Shown here: positions 1 through 7,335 of the stretch, in pieces
How the letters are laid out: each line of letters opens with the position of its first letter
Position numbering within the stretch: the first letter of the stretch is position 1
NCBI GenBank assembly: GCA_038045705.1
Contig: JBBSXO010000003.1
Span: 128,828-152,827 of the forward strand
Origin: Nanobdellota archaeon
Lineage (GTDB): Archaea; Nanobdellota; Nanobdellia; Pacearchaeales; GW2011-AR1
Length of the DNA stretch: 24,000 nt
Direction of reading: 5' to 3'
The notes under the pieces: generated by a model
The model's input: only the letters and a program-made list of their open reading frames with translations
What the model was told of the DNA's origin: nothing
Database searches by the model: none
Made by a program: the position numbers and the translations under genes

Positions 1-407
1 CAAGCGTCAGCATACTTTCTCCACTCAAACGGTCCTTTTCCATCTACCGCATCTTTTGCAGATCTATTTACATCAACTGCTAAGTCATCTATACTTTTAA
101 CGACTTCAAATCTTAGTCCTCTTTTAACTAAATCTCCAAGTTTATCTTCAAATTCAGCTTTTGTTATTGTTTGTAAGTCAATCCCATGATCTCCCAAATA
201 AGATCTTATAATTAAACCAAAAAGAGGTGTTTTACTTTTGACATATTGTGGCTCTAAAGTCATTTTTCTTATCCAATCTTCTGTTTCCCTTATTACCAAA
301 GGGTTACCTTTAAACATCATATAAGTACTATGAATGTAATTAGCTAACGGAAACCAATCATTCCATCTATGTTTGCTTTCTCCAAATTCATATTCGCTGT
401 CTAACAT
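1..407 (-). CDS. hypothetical protein, N-terminal part only (ORF continues past the left edge)
   Basis: Absent from the ORF track. A reverse-strand ATG at 407..405 opens a stop-free frame to position 1, about 135 codons (MLDSEYEFGESKHRWNDWFPLANYIHSTYMMFKGNPLVIRETEDW...GPFEWRKYADA). A TATA-like TTTAAAT (431..437) is centred about 27 nt upstream of the ATG. I recognise no family motif. Confidence 0.5.
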   Translation of the reverse strand, partial: MLDSEYEFGESKHRWNDWFPLANYIHSTYMMFKGNPLVIRETEDWIRKMTLEPQYVKSKTPLFGLIIRSYLGDHGIDLQTITKAEFEDKLGDLVKRGLRFEVVKSIDDLAVDVNRSAKDAVDGKGPFEWRKYADA

Positions 408-538
408 AGTTCTCCCACAAAATAAGGCTATTTAAATTTAACTAATAAGTAGTTACATGTGCTTCCTCAAGACATTTGTCACCCCCTATCAAAATGATGA
501 GTAACCAATTTATTCATAGGCTGTAAAAACAATTATTA

Positions 539-1609
539 TTACCTTTTTGCTTCAGCCAATAATTCATCCATTAATCCATCACAAAGTTGAGTATAATAGT
601 ACTGATCAAAATGAACAACTGAATCATGAGAATGTATAACATCCCAAAATTTCTCTTTAATACTTATTAAAAAGTCTCTAAGATCTTTAGCATTTGTAAA
701 GAACATCATAAGTGATAAATCCCATGTACCTATTTGTTCTATTAAAGAGTAAAAGCGTTCATCATTGTAGAGATATGTCAAAAAGTCTTCTTTTCTTTTA
801 TGAGATATATTTCTAAATTTTATCATTACGGTAGTGTATTGGTAATCAAGTAGATGGTAATTTAGACGAAGAATAAATTCTTTAATAATTCCAGCTTTAA
901 TTAGGTTTTTTATCCTATAGTTTACTGCATCTCTGGAAAGATTTAATTTTTTTCCTAGATCTGTAAGGGAGATGCGTGAATCTTCGTGTAGGTTTTTTAG
1001 TAGGATAATATCCTTTTCATCCAATTCAACTTCTTTCTTTTGTTTTGCATTAAATTCAGAGGTATAAGGGAAATTTAATTTAGATCCATATTCACTTTTC
1101 TTTTTCATATTTCTAATATATTTTTGGCTTTTATGTATAAAGTTTTTTACTGTAGCTACCATAAAATCATTAAGATATTCTTTAATTGGAGAAAGAATGC
1201 TCTCTAAGATTGAGTCGTAGTTTTCTTCATATAATGTTTCAAACATCAAAATTATCTCCCATTTCCCACCTGTTTCTATGACCCAATTAACATATTTGTT
1301 TTTTAAAAAGTCCTCGATAATTAGTTTCATTTTATCTTGAGATAAAGAATGAAATTGGAGGTATAGAACATATCTATGTGCTCCTAAAAGTTTTGGATCT
1401 ATAACTGTGAAAACATCAGTTATTATCTTATTTTTCCTAAGATTATTATATCTATAATTGATTACCTCTGTACTGGTTCTTAATAAGTCAGCTATTTGAG
1501 ATAAAGGAGTTCTACTATTAACTGTTAAGATATTAACAATTTCCCTATCTTTATTAGTTAACTCTATTTTTTTATGTTCTTCAGCAATTATTTCGCCAGT
1601 TTTCCTCAT
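539..1609 (-). CDS. tandem (duplicated) Lrp/AsnC-family protein: two HTH plus ligand-binding (RAM-like) modules in one 356-aa chain
   Basis: Two internally homologous halves each start with an AsnC-type HTH. The first is ELTNKDREIVNILTVNSRTPLSQIADLLRTSTEVINYRYNNLRKNKII. The second is ELDEKDIILLKNLHEDSRISLTDLGKKLNLSRDAVNYRIKNLIKAGII. Each is followed by 'xxxDPxLLG/LNYHLLDY' and a beta-alpha-beta-like segment (WVIETGGKWEIILMFE / IEQIGTWDLSLMMFF). ATG at 1609..1607, with a TATA-like element about 27 nt upstream. Confidence 0.8.
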   Translation of the reverse strand: MRKTGEIIAEEHKKIELTNKDREIVNILTVNSRTPLSQIADLLRTSTEVINYRYNNLRKNKIITDVFTVIDPKLLGAHRYVLYLQFHSLSQDKMKLIIEDFLKNKYVNWVIETGGKWEIILMFETLYEENYDSILESILSPIKEYLNDFMVATVKNFIHKSQKYIRNMKKKSEYGSKLNFPYTSEFNAKQKKEVELDEKDIILLKNLHEDSRISLTDLGKKLNLSRDAVNYRIKNLIKAGIIKEFILRLNYHLLDYQYTTVMIKFRNISHKRKEDFLTYLYNDERFYSLIEQIGTWDLSLMMFFTNAKDLRDFLISIKEKFWDVIHSHDSVVHFDQYYYTQLCDGLMDELLAEAKR

Positions 1610-1702
1610 ATATTATATAGTGCTAAATTAGCTTATATATTTTACGCATATTTCAAGAAAGTCTATAACTAATTTTAAATATAGCTAATTATCTCTAAAT
1701 TT
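1610..1702. promoter_or_regulatory. divergent promoter region with two separate TATA-like boxes (double-Lrp gene / radical SAM gene)
   Basis: GCTTATATATTT (1631..1642) is centred about 27 nt from the minus-strand ATG at 1609. TTTTAAATATA (about 1674..1684) is centred about 24 nt from the plus-strand ATG at 1703. There is no Shine-Dalgarno-like purine run, which fits leaderless transcripts. Confidence 0.45.
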
Positions 1703-3256
1703 ATGAGTAAAGGTAATTTTGACCAAGCATTAGAGTCAGCAAGGCAAGAGTTAGCAACTTTTGATCTAAATGCAGTTCATGCTTTAGGGTTATCGAAAGT
1801 TCATACAGATTTACTTGGGAGTCATACAGTTGTCACTTACCCTCCCTTAGACTCTTTATCCAAAGACATTGATTCAGACAGATTACTTCAAAAAGTTAAA
1901 TTTGGACAAACAGTTAACGGCTATGCTCACGTTCCATGGTGTGAGTATCCATGCAAGTTTTGTCCGTATACCACATTAGGAATTAAAGGACAGGGTATAG
2001 AAAGAATGCCTGAGTATTTCCAAGCATTACAAAAAGAAGTTAAAATGTGGGCAGAAAAAATGAAAAGAGATTCATCTCAAATGGAATCTTTATATATTGG
2101 TGGAGGAACACCATTTGCAATTCCTACAAGTAAACTTGAATGGTTAGTTTCTATGCTTAGAACAGAAATTCCATTTACAAGTAATCCTGCAATATCAGTT
2201 GAAACAACACCATTTGCAGCATTGCAACCAGATGCAAGAGATAAGTTTGGAATATTAAGAGCAAATGGCGTTAACAGAATGAGTATGGGTGTCCAATCTT
2301 TTGATTTTCCAACTCTAAAAGATACTGCTAGAACATTTCAAGGGCATAAAGATGGAGACGAAGAAAAAGCAGTAAGAGTTCTTCTAGACTCGGAAATACC
2401 TCATATTAATATAGATATGATTCAAGATTTGCCAGAACAAGCTGGTTCTCCACTCGATCGTCTTCGTAATGATTTGGAAACAGTAGTAAGATTACAACCA
2501 CATCATATTACATGGTACAATATGCGTCTGAGACCTGAAACAACTTATGCCAGAAGAGGCACTTCATTTAAATCTCCCGAAGAAGAAAGCTTACTCCACC
2601 GTCTAACAATTTGGAACTTTATGGAAGTAGCTGGATATCAGGTATTAGAAGGAGATAGATTCGCTAAAGGAAAAGAATACGAAGATAAATTTAGGAAAGC
2701 AAGAGGATCAGTAACGAAAGATCTTCTAGGAATGGGTGTATCTGCTTATTCGCATGTTAATGAAGTATTCTTCCAAAATCCAAGAGTAACTGGCAATAAT
2801 GTTAGGTCAGATTCTAAATTAGCTACAGAACAATATGTTGAACGTCTAAGAAATGGAAATCATGCAATTACATTTGGTTTTCCAATAGATGCTTCTGAAA
2901 GGCTAGCAGCACTTTTTGCTCTAGGATTAAAGGCAGGAGTGGATCTTGAAGAAATTGAAAACGTAGCATTTGGTCAACCTGATTGTGGAGCATATATAAG
3001 ACACGTAATTAATCCAAGCGCAGATAGGTATGTTCCAGCAGGATTGTTAGAAGTAAAAGATGGAAGAATAAGATTTACAAGATTAGGAAGGTTATTTGAG
3101 AATGAGATTTGTGCTTCATTTTATTCTCCAACAGTTGTTGCTGAAGCGAAAGCAAGAAGAGGAGAATTAGCTCCAGAACTAATGAGATTATATCAAAACT
3201 ATGAAGGAACCAAGGCAATAGATAGAATGGTTATGGAACAAAAACCAACTTTATAG
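1703..3256 (+). CDS. radical SAM enzyme, HemN/HemW (oxygen-independent coproporphyrinogen oxidase-like) family
   Basis: CxxxCxxC cluster motif CEYPCKFC at 1940..1963. HemN-family signatures are present: LYIGGGTP, VNRMSMGVQSF, NIDMIQDLPEQ, DLLGMGVSAYSH. An N-terminal 'VVTYPP' segment resembles the HemN N-terminal YP(T/P) motif. Length is 517 aa. Confidence 0.85.
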   Translation: MSKGNFDQALESARQELATFDLNAVHALGLSKVHTDLLGSHTVVTYPPLDSLSKDIDSDRLLQKVKFGQTVNGYAHVPWCEYPCKFCPYTTLGIKGQGIERMPEYFQALQKEVKMWAEKMKRDSSQMESLYIGGGTPFAIPTSKLEWLVSMLRTEIPFTSNPAISVETTPFAALQPDARDKFGILRANGVNRMSMGVQSFDFPTLKDTARTFQGHKDGDEEKAVRVLLDSEIPHINIDMIQDLPEQAGSPLDRLRNDLETVVRLQPHHITWYNMRLRPETTYARRGTSFKSPEEESLLHRLTIWNFMEVAGYQVLEGDRFAKGKEYEDKFRKARGSVTKDLLGMGVSAYSHVNEVFFQNPRVTGNNVRSDSKLATEQYVERLRNGNHAITFGFPIDASERLAALFALGLKAGVDLEEIENVAFGQPDCGAYIRHVINPSADRYVPAGLLEVKDGRIRFTRLGRLFENEICASFYSPTVVAEAKARRGELAPELMRLYQNYEGTKAIDRMVMEQKPTL

Positions 3257-3306
3257 TAATTTTATTAAAATAATCAGTTACGCATGAAAGGATACGAAGA
3301 GGGGTA

Positions 3307-3378
3307 TGCGCCGGTCGGGAATCGAACCCGACTCTTCGACTTGGGAAGCCGAAATCTTAACCGATGGACCACCGGCGC
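3307..3378 (-). tRNA. tRNA-Gly (anticodon CCC), 72 nt, no encoded CCA, no intron
   Basis: The reverse complement reads GCGCCGG-TG-GTCC-ATCGGTTA-AGAT-T-TCGGC-TTCCCAA-GTCGA-AGAGT-TCGGG-TTCGATT-CCCGA-CCGGCGC-A. It has a perfect 7-bp acceptor stem and a 5-bp anticodon stem with one G-U. The anticodon loop is TT-CCC-AA, the T-arm is TCGGG/TTCGATT/CCCGA, the variable loop is 5 nt, and the discriminator is A73. It is not in the ORF track, and ORF 3306..4241 spuriously reads through it. Confidence 0.9.
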
Positions 3379-3399
3379 CTAAAGTTAGCAATGACAAGT

Positions 3400-3410
3400 C
3401 TTTTAAAAAG
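3400..3410. promoter_or_regulatory. single palindromic TATA-like box apparently shared by the divergent tRNA-Gly and ATPase genes
   Basis: CTTTTAAAAAG is nearly its own reverse complement. Its centre (3405) lies 27 nt from the tRNA 5' end (3378, minus strand) and 24 nt from the ATG at 3429 (plus strand). No other TATA-like element fits in the 50-nt spacer. Confidence 0.45.
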
Positions 3411-3428
3411 CTAATTACAAATTACAAT

Positions 3429-4241
3429 ATGAAAAAGAGCACAAAGAAAAATTGGAAAAGGTTCTTCAAATATCTTTGGCTTGTAATCTGGAACATAATA
3501 AAAATCCCTTATTACATAGTAAAATTAATTTCAAAAACTCAAGATAAATTAGAACAAAAAGAAATTAAACAGATAGTAGAAAAAAAGAGGGATTCAGTAA
3601 AAGCCATTTACCAAGATTTCAAAATATTAAATACACAGAACGGAAATTACAAAGAATATGAAAAATATATCTCGAGTGATAAAAGCAAGATAGGAATAAT
3701 TCTAGGTGCTAGAGGCACAGGTAAAACAGCAATTGGAATTAAAATATTAGAAAACATTTACGCAAAGAGCAAAAGAAAGTTATATGCTATAGGTTTCAAA
3801 AAAGAAGACATGCCTTCATGGATTGAAGTAATAGAAAGCATAGAAGAAATAAATAATAATTCAACAGTCCTAATTGATGAAGGAGGAGTTTTATTCAGTT
3901 CAAGAAATGCAATGACTAAACCCAACAAACTTCTTAGCCAGTTAATTCTCATTGCAAGGCATAAAAATCTTAACATCTTATTTATTTCTCAAAACTCATC
4001 AAACTTAGATGTAAACATACTAAGACAAGCAGACCATTTGATACTAAAGCCAACTTCCTTACTACAGGAAGACTTTGAAAGAAAAAAAATAAAAGAGATA
4101 TATGAAGAACAACAAGAAAACTTCAAAAAATATCAAAATATTAAAGGATACACATATATCTATTCAGAAGAGTTCAGAGGATTCATAGCCAACCCATTAC
4201 CATCATTTTGGAGTACAAATATCAGCAAGAGCTTCAGATAA
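3429..4241 (+). CDS. membrane-anchored P-loop NTPase, Zot-like (zonular occludens toxin / phage pI-type ATPase fold), function unknown
   Basis: The start is moved to ATG 3429 because the track start at 3306 overlaps the tRNA. An N-terminal hydrophobic helix is present (FFKYLWLVIWNIIKIPYYIV). Walker A is GARGTGKT (3706..3729) and Walker B is VLIDEGG (about 3870..3887). The following 'ARHKNLNILFISQNSSNLDVNILRQAD' matches my recollection of the Zot-family 'HRHxGxDIxxxTQxxxxLDxxIR' pattern. Confidence 0.55.
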   Translation: MKKSTKKNWKRFFKYLWLVIWNIIKIPYYIVKLISKTQDKLEQKEIKQIVEKKRDSVKAIYQDFKILNTQNGNYKEYEKYISSDKSKIGIILGARGTGKTAIGIKILENIYAKSKRKLYAIGFKKEDMPSWIEVIESIEEINNNSTVLIDEGGVLFSSRNAMTKPNKLLSQLILIARHKNLNILFISQNSSNLDVNILRQADHLILKPTSLLQEDFERKKIKEIYEEQQENFKKYQNIKGYTYIYSEEFRGFIANPLPSFWSTNISKSFR

Positions 4242-4272
4242 GGTTTTAATATCAAATAATTATTCTATAATT

Positions 4273-5715
4273 ATGACAAAAGAAACATTCTATATTACAA
4301 CCCCTATATACTATCCAAATGATATTCCACATTTGGGTCATGCATACACAACTATAGCAGCAGATGTAATGGCCAGATGGAATAAACTTCTTGGAAAAAA
4401 TGTATTCTTTCTAACAGGTACAGATGAACACGGTAAAAAATTAGCAGACACAGCTACAAAAAATAAACAGAAACCAAAAGAATTTATAGATAAATTAATA
4501 CCAGAATTCAAAAAAGATTGGAAAAGCCTAAACATAGAATATGATAGATTCATAAGAACAACAGACAAAGATCATGAGGATACAGTTCAGAAAATATTGC
4601 AAAAACTAGATGACAACGGAGATATTTACTTAGGAGAATATGAAGGGTTTTACTGTACTTCTTGTGAAGCCTATTACACTGAAAAAGACGCCCCTAATCT
4701 AAATTGCCCTATACACGAAAAACAATTAGATAAATTAAAAGAACCGTCCTATTTCTTTAAATTATCAAAATATGAAAAATTTTTGTTAGACCATTATAAA
4801 AAAAATCCAAATTTCATCCTGCCACAAAAAAGAGCAAATGAAGTAATAAACAGAGTAAAAGAAGGTCTAAAGGATCTAAGTATATCAAGAACTTCTTTTG
4901 ATTGGGGGATTCCTTTACCATTCAATAAAAAACACGTCACTTTCGTTTGGGTAGACGCCCTATTCAATTATTACTCTGCAACTCAAAGTGAAAAAAAATT
5001 AAACAAATTCTGGCCAGCAGATCTTCACTTAATTGGAAAGGATATTTTATGGTTTCACACAGTTTATTGGCCAGCACTTCTAAAAGCAGTAGATTTACCC
5101 TTGCCAAAGACAGTATTTGCTCATGGATGGTGGACAGTTAATAGTAAAAAGATGGGCAAGTCTACAGGTAATGCAGTAAAAATAAATGAGCTAATTAGTA
5201 TTGTAGGTGTAGATTCTGCTAGATATTTCTTACTTCGTGAAACTCCTCTAGGAGATGACGGAGATTTTTCTGAAAGCATGCTAATCGAACGTCACAACAA
5301 CGAACTAGCAAACAAACTAGGTAATCTAGTAAGCAGAGTCTCAGCTCTAGCTGAAAAATATGGAATTGAAAAAACAAAAAATAGTTTAGAAATAAAAGAA
5401 ACTCTAAAACAAATAGAAGAACATTTCAATAATTACGAATTGCATAAAGTCCTAGAGAGTATTTTCACATATATAGATAAAACAAATGAATACATACAAG
5501 AAAAGAAACCATGGGAAACAAAAGATAAAAAAGTATTATATGAGCTAGTTTTAGCAATAAAAAATATTGCAATTCTAGTCAGTCCATTCATGCCAGACAC
5601 AGCAGAGAAGATAGCTAAAACATTTAATTTCAAAATCTCTTTAGATGAGTTAGATAAAACTCTAAAGGAAAGCAAGATAGTTAAATCAGAAATTTTATTC
5701 CAAAAAATAACATGA
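4273..5715 (+). CDS. metG: methionyl-tRNA synthetase, catalytic core only (480 aa)
   Basis: Class I HIGH motif is PHLGHA (4328..4345) and the KMSKS variant is KMGKS (5149..5163). A Zn-knuckle-like CTSCEAYY...CPIHEK is present, along with typical MetRS blocks (YITTPIYYPN, FFLTGTDEHG, WFHTVYWPALL). Confidence 0.9.
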   Translation: MTKETFYITTPIYYPNDIPHLGHAYTTIAADVMARWNKLLGKNVFFLTGTDEHGKKLADTATKNKQKPKEFIDKLIPEFKKDWKSLNIEYDRFIRTTDKDHEDTVQKILQKLDDNGDIYLGEYEGFYCTSCEAYYTEKDAPNLNCPIHEKQLDKLKEPSYFFKLSKYEKFLLDHYKKNPNFILPQKRANEVINRVKEGLKDLSISRTSFDWGIPLPFNKKHVTFVWVDALFNYYSATQSEKKLNKFWPADLHLIGKDILWFHTVYWPALLKAVDLPLPKTVFAHGWWTVNSKKMGKSTGNAVKINELISIVGVDSARYFLLRETPLGDDGDFSESMLIERHNNELANKLGNLVSRVSALAEKYGIEKTKNSLEIKETLKQIEEHFNNYELHKVLESIFTYIDKTNEYIQEKKPWETKDKKVLYELVLAIKNIAILVSPFMPDTAEKIAKTFNFKISLDELDKTLKESKIVKSEILFQKIT

Positions 5716-6050
5716 CTGATAAAATACCCTTCACAGACTTTGAGAAAGTAGACTTGCGAGTTGGAACAATACTCGAAGTTGAGAATCATCCTAAAGCAGA
5801 TAAACTTTATGTCTTAAAAGTAGATTTAGGAGAAGATAGTCCAAGAACAATAGTAGCAGGTCTAAGACCACACTATACTCACGAAAACCTAAAAGGAAAA
5901 CAAGCCATATTCGTAGTTAATCTTGAACCAGTAAATCTCAGAGGAATAGAAAGCAATGGCATGATTCTAGCAGCCTCAAACCAAGAAAAAACTAATGTCT
6001 TTTTCTTAAAACCAGATAAACAAATAGCACCAGGAAGTAAAATACACTAA
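5712..6050 (+). CDS. stand-alone Trbp111/EMAP-type tRNA-binding domain protein (normally the MetRS C-terminal domain)
   Basis: Reads FEKVDLRVGTILEVENHPKADKLYVLKVDLGEDSPRTIVAGL...VVNLEPVNLRGIESNGMILA, the classic OB-fold tRNA-binding domain pattern. Its ATG (5712..5714) overlaps the MetRS TGA (5713..5715) as ATGA. Confidence 0.85.
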   Translation: MTDKIPFTDFEKVDLRVGTILEVENHPKADKLYVLKVDLGEDSPRTIVAGLRPHYTHENLKGKQAIFVVNLEPVNLRGIESNGMILAASNQEKTNVFFLKPDKQIAPGSKIH

Positions 6051-6054
6051 ATTT

Positions 6055-6798
6055 TTAACCAATCAACTTCTTCCAAAACCCTGGTTCTTTATAACTAACT
6101 CCTGCAATCTTAGCAGCAATTCTTTTGTAAGCTAAAGCAGATTTTGTATATGGATACATATGAATAACAGCATCTTTATGTCTCAAAGAAGCTAATATCT
6201 TTTTATCTTCAGGAATAACACCTAATATCGGCAAATCAAGCATTTCCTTAATATTAGAAATAGACATCTCATGAGTATTTCCAGAGACTCTAGTAACTAT
6301 AACTCCCCTCACTTTTTTTCCCAACTCTTGAGCTAACCTAGCAGTTTTCAAAGCATCTGTAACAGCAGTAATTTCCGGGTTAGTAACTATAACAAGTTCA
6401 TCAGCAGCTTCTATCGAAGCAACAGCCTCATCTCCCAAACCAGCAGCTGAATCAAGTAAAACAAAATCAGCCATTCCTCTAAGTTTTTTAGCAACATCAG
6501 TCAATTTACTATGATTAATTTTTCTAAGTTCTTTAACAGAAAGTGAAGAAGGAATAACCTTAGTTCCAGAATCATGCTCATAAATAGCATCTCCTACTTT
6601 AGCTTTTCCTTGCATAACATGATTTAAATTAACAGGAACAATTGGAGCCCCAAGATGCAATCCAACATTAGGAGTAGTCAAATTAGCATCAACAATTATG
6701 ACTTCTTTATTTAAAGCATTTAAAGCGGCGCCTAAATTTATAGTAGTAGTCGTCTTACCAACGCCACCTTTTCCAGATGTAACTGTTATTACTGCCAT
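6055..6798 (-). CDS. minD: MinD/ParA-family ATPase (archaeal MinD type)
   Basis: Deviant Walker A is SGKGGVGKTT (about 6751..6774), with a DSAAGLG switch region. The C-terminus PGFWKKLIG resembles a MinD amphipathic membrane-targeting helix. Length is 247 aa. Confidence 0.85.
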   Translation of the reverse strand: MAVITVTSGKGGVGKTTTTINLGAALNALNKEVIIVDANLTTPNVGLHLGAPIVPVNLNHVMQGKAKVGDAIYEHDSGTKVIPSSLSVKELRKINHSKLTDVAKKLRGMADFVLLDSAAGLGDEAVASIEAADELVIVTNPEITAVTDALKTARLAQELGKKVRGVIVTRVSGNTHEMSISNIKEMLDLPILGVIPEDKKILASLRHKDAVIHMYPYTKSALAYKRIAAKIAGVSYKEPGFWKKLIG

Positions 6799-6829
6799 TT
6801 GAATTTAAAATCACTTTAATAAAAGACAA

Positions 6830-7255
6830 TTACTTGAGATAGCTTATAAACCTTTCTAGAATTTGCGAATATATTGCAAGTTGTTCGAGGTTAATATTAA
6901 CAATTTTAGTTTTGTAAGTAACTCTTAAATTAACTCCTTTTCGAAATTCACTTTCTCTCATTTTCTCAAGGTTTTCAATGTCTCTAAAAAATTCATACAA
7001 ATCAAGTGCTTCAATGATAACTGGTTCGTTAGCATAAATTTTCCTCAACTGAATAACCTTGGCTCTAGGCGCATCAGGTACCGGTTTCCAAGACTTCCCA
7101 GCCTTTTTAATTAAAAAACCAAAAGAAGTATCAACCATAATTTTCCATCTGGAAAGTAAATTCAAAATAACATCACAAGTCTTTGTATATTTTAAGCTAA
7201 CATAAAGTAAATGGTCTGCGCTAATTTTCTCCTTAATAATATCTTCAATCAACAT
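6830..7255 (-). CDS. hypothetical protein (141 aa from the ATG; the track start at 7264 is a TTG)
   Basis: The long ORF lies directly upstream of and co-oriented with minD, with a 31-nt gap. The first ATG is at 7255..7253 (MLIEDIIKEKISADHLLYVSLKYTKT...). No motif recognised. Confidence 0.5.
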   Translation of the reverse strand: MLIEDIIKEKISADHLLYVSLKYTKTCDVILNLLSRWKIMVDTSFGFLIKKAGKSWKPVPDAPRAKVIQLRKIYANEPVIIEALDLYEFFRDIENLEKMRESEFRKGVNLRVTYKTKIVNINLEQLAIYSQILERFISYLK

Positions 7256-7335
7256 AAATAGCAATTCCTAAGGACAAGACTATGTTAAAAGTTCTTTTTA
7301 TACCTTTCTACTTATAAACTTTATAAAGGGATATA

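Noticed and set aside
539-1609. Re-interpretation of the double-Lrp protein as a fused siroheme decarboxylase (AhbAB/NirDL)
   Set aside because: The size and fold class fit. However, I do not see the His/Asn-Tyr-x-Arg and NLWF-type blocks that I recall from those enzymes, while both halves keep classic AsnC HTH sequences. It is left as an alternative to test rather than called.
1-3378. Integrated mobile element downstream of the tRNA-Gly 3' end (radical SAM / double-Lrp / unknown ORF as cargo)
   Set aside because: No integrase is present, and no direct repeat of the tRNA 3' half (…GGGTTCGATTCCCGACCGGCGC) is visible anywhere in the window. Only a mild compositional shift supports it, so it is kept as a caveat under the radical SAM finding.
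3306-3428. N-terminal 41 codons of track ORF 3306..4241 (MRRSGIEPDSSTWEAEILTDGPPAP...)
   Set aside because: This stretch is the antisense of a canonical tRNA-Gly(CCC) gene plus its promoter. Its GC-rich 'protein' sequence is unlike the rest of the ORF. The ATG at 3429 has a correctly spaced TATA box.
5696-5716. Programmed -1 ribosomal frameshift fusing MetRS to the Trbp111 domain
   Set aside because: The downstream frame is -1, but in the zero frame the A-run reads CAA AAA ATA. That is not a canonical X XXY YYZ heptamer, and I see no obvious downstream stem-loop. ATGA coupling or a homopolymer indel are simpler explanations.
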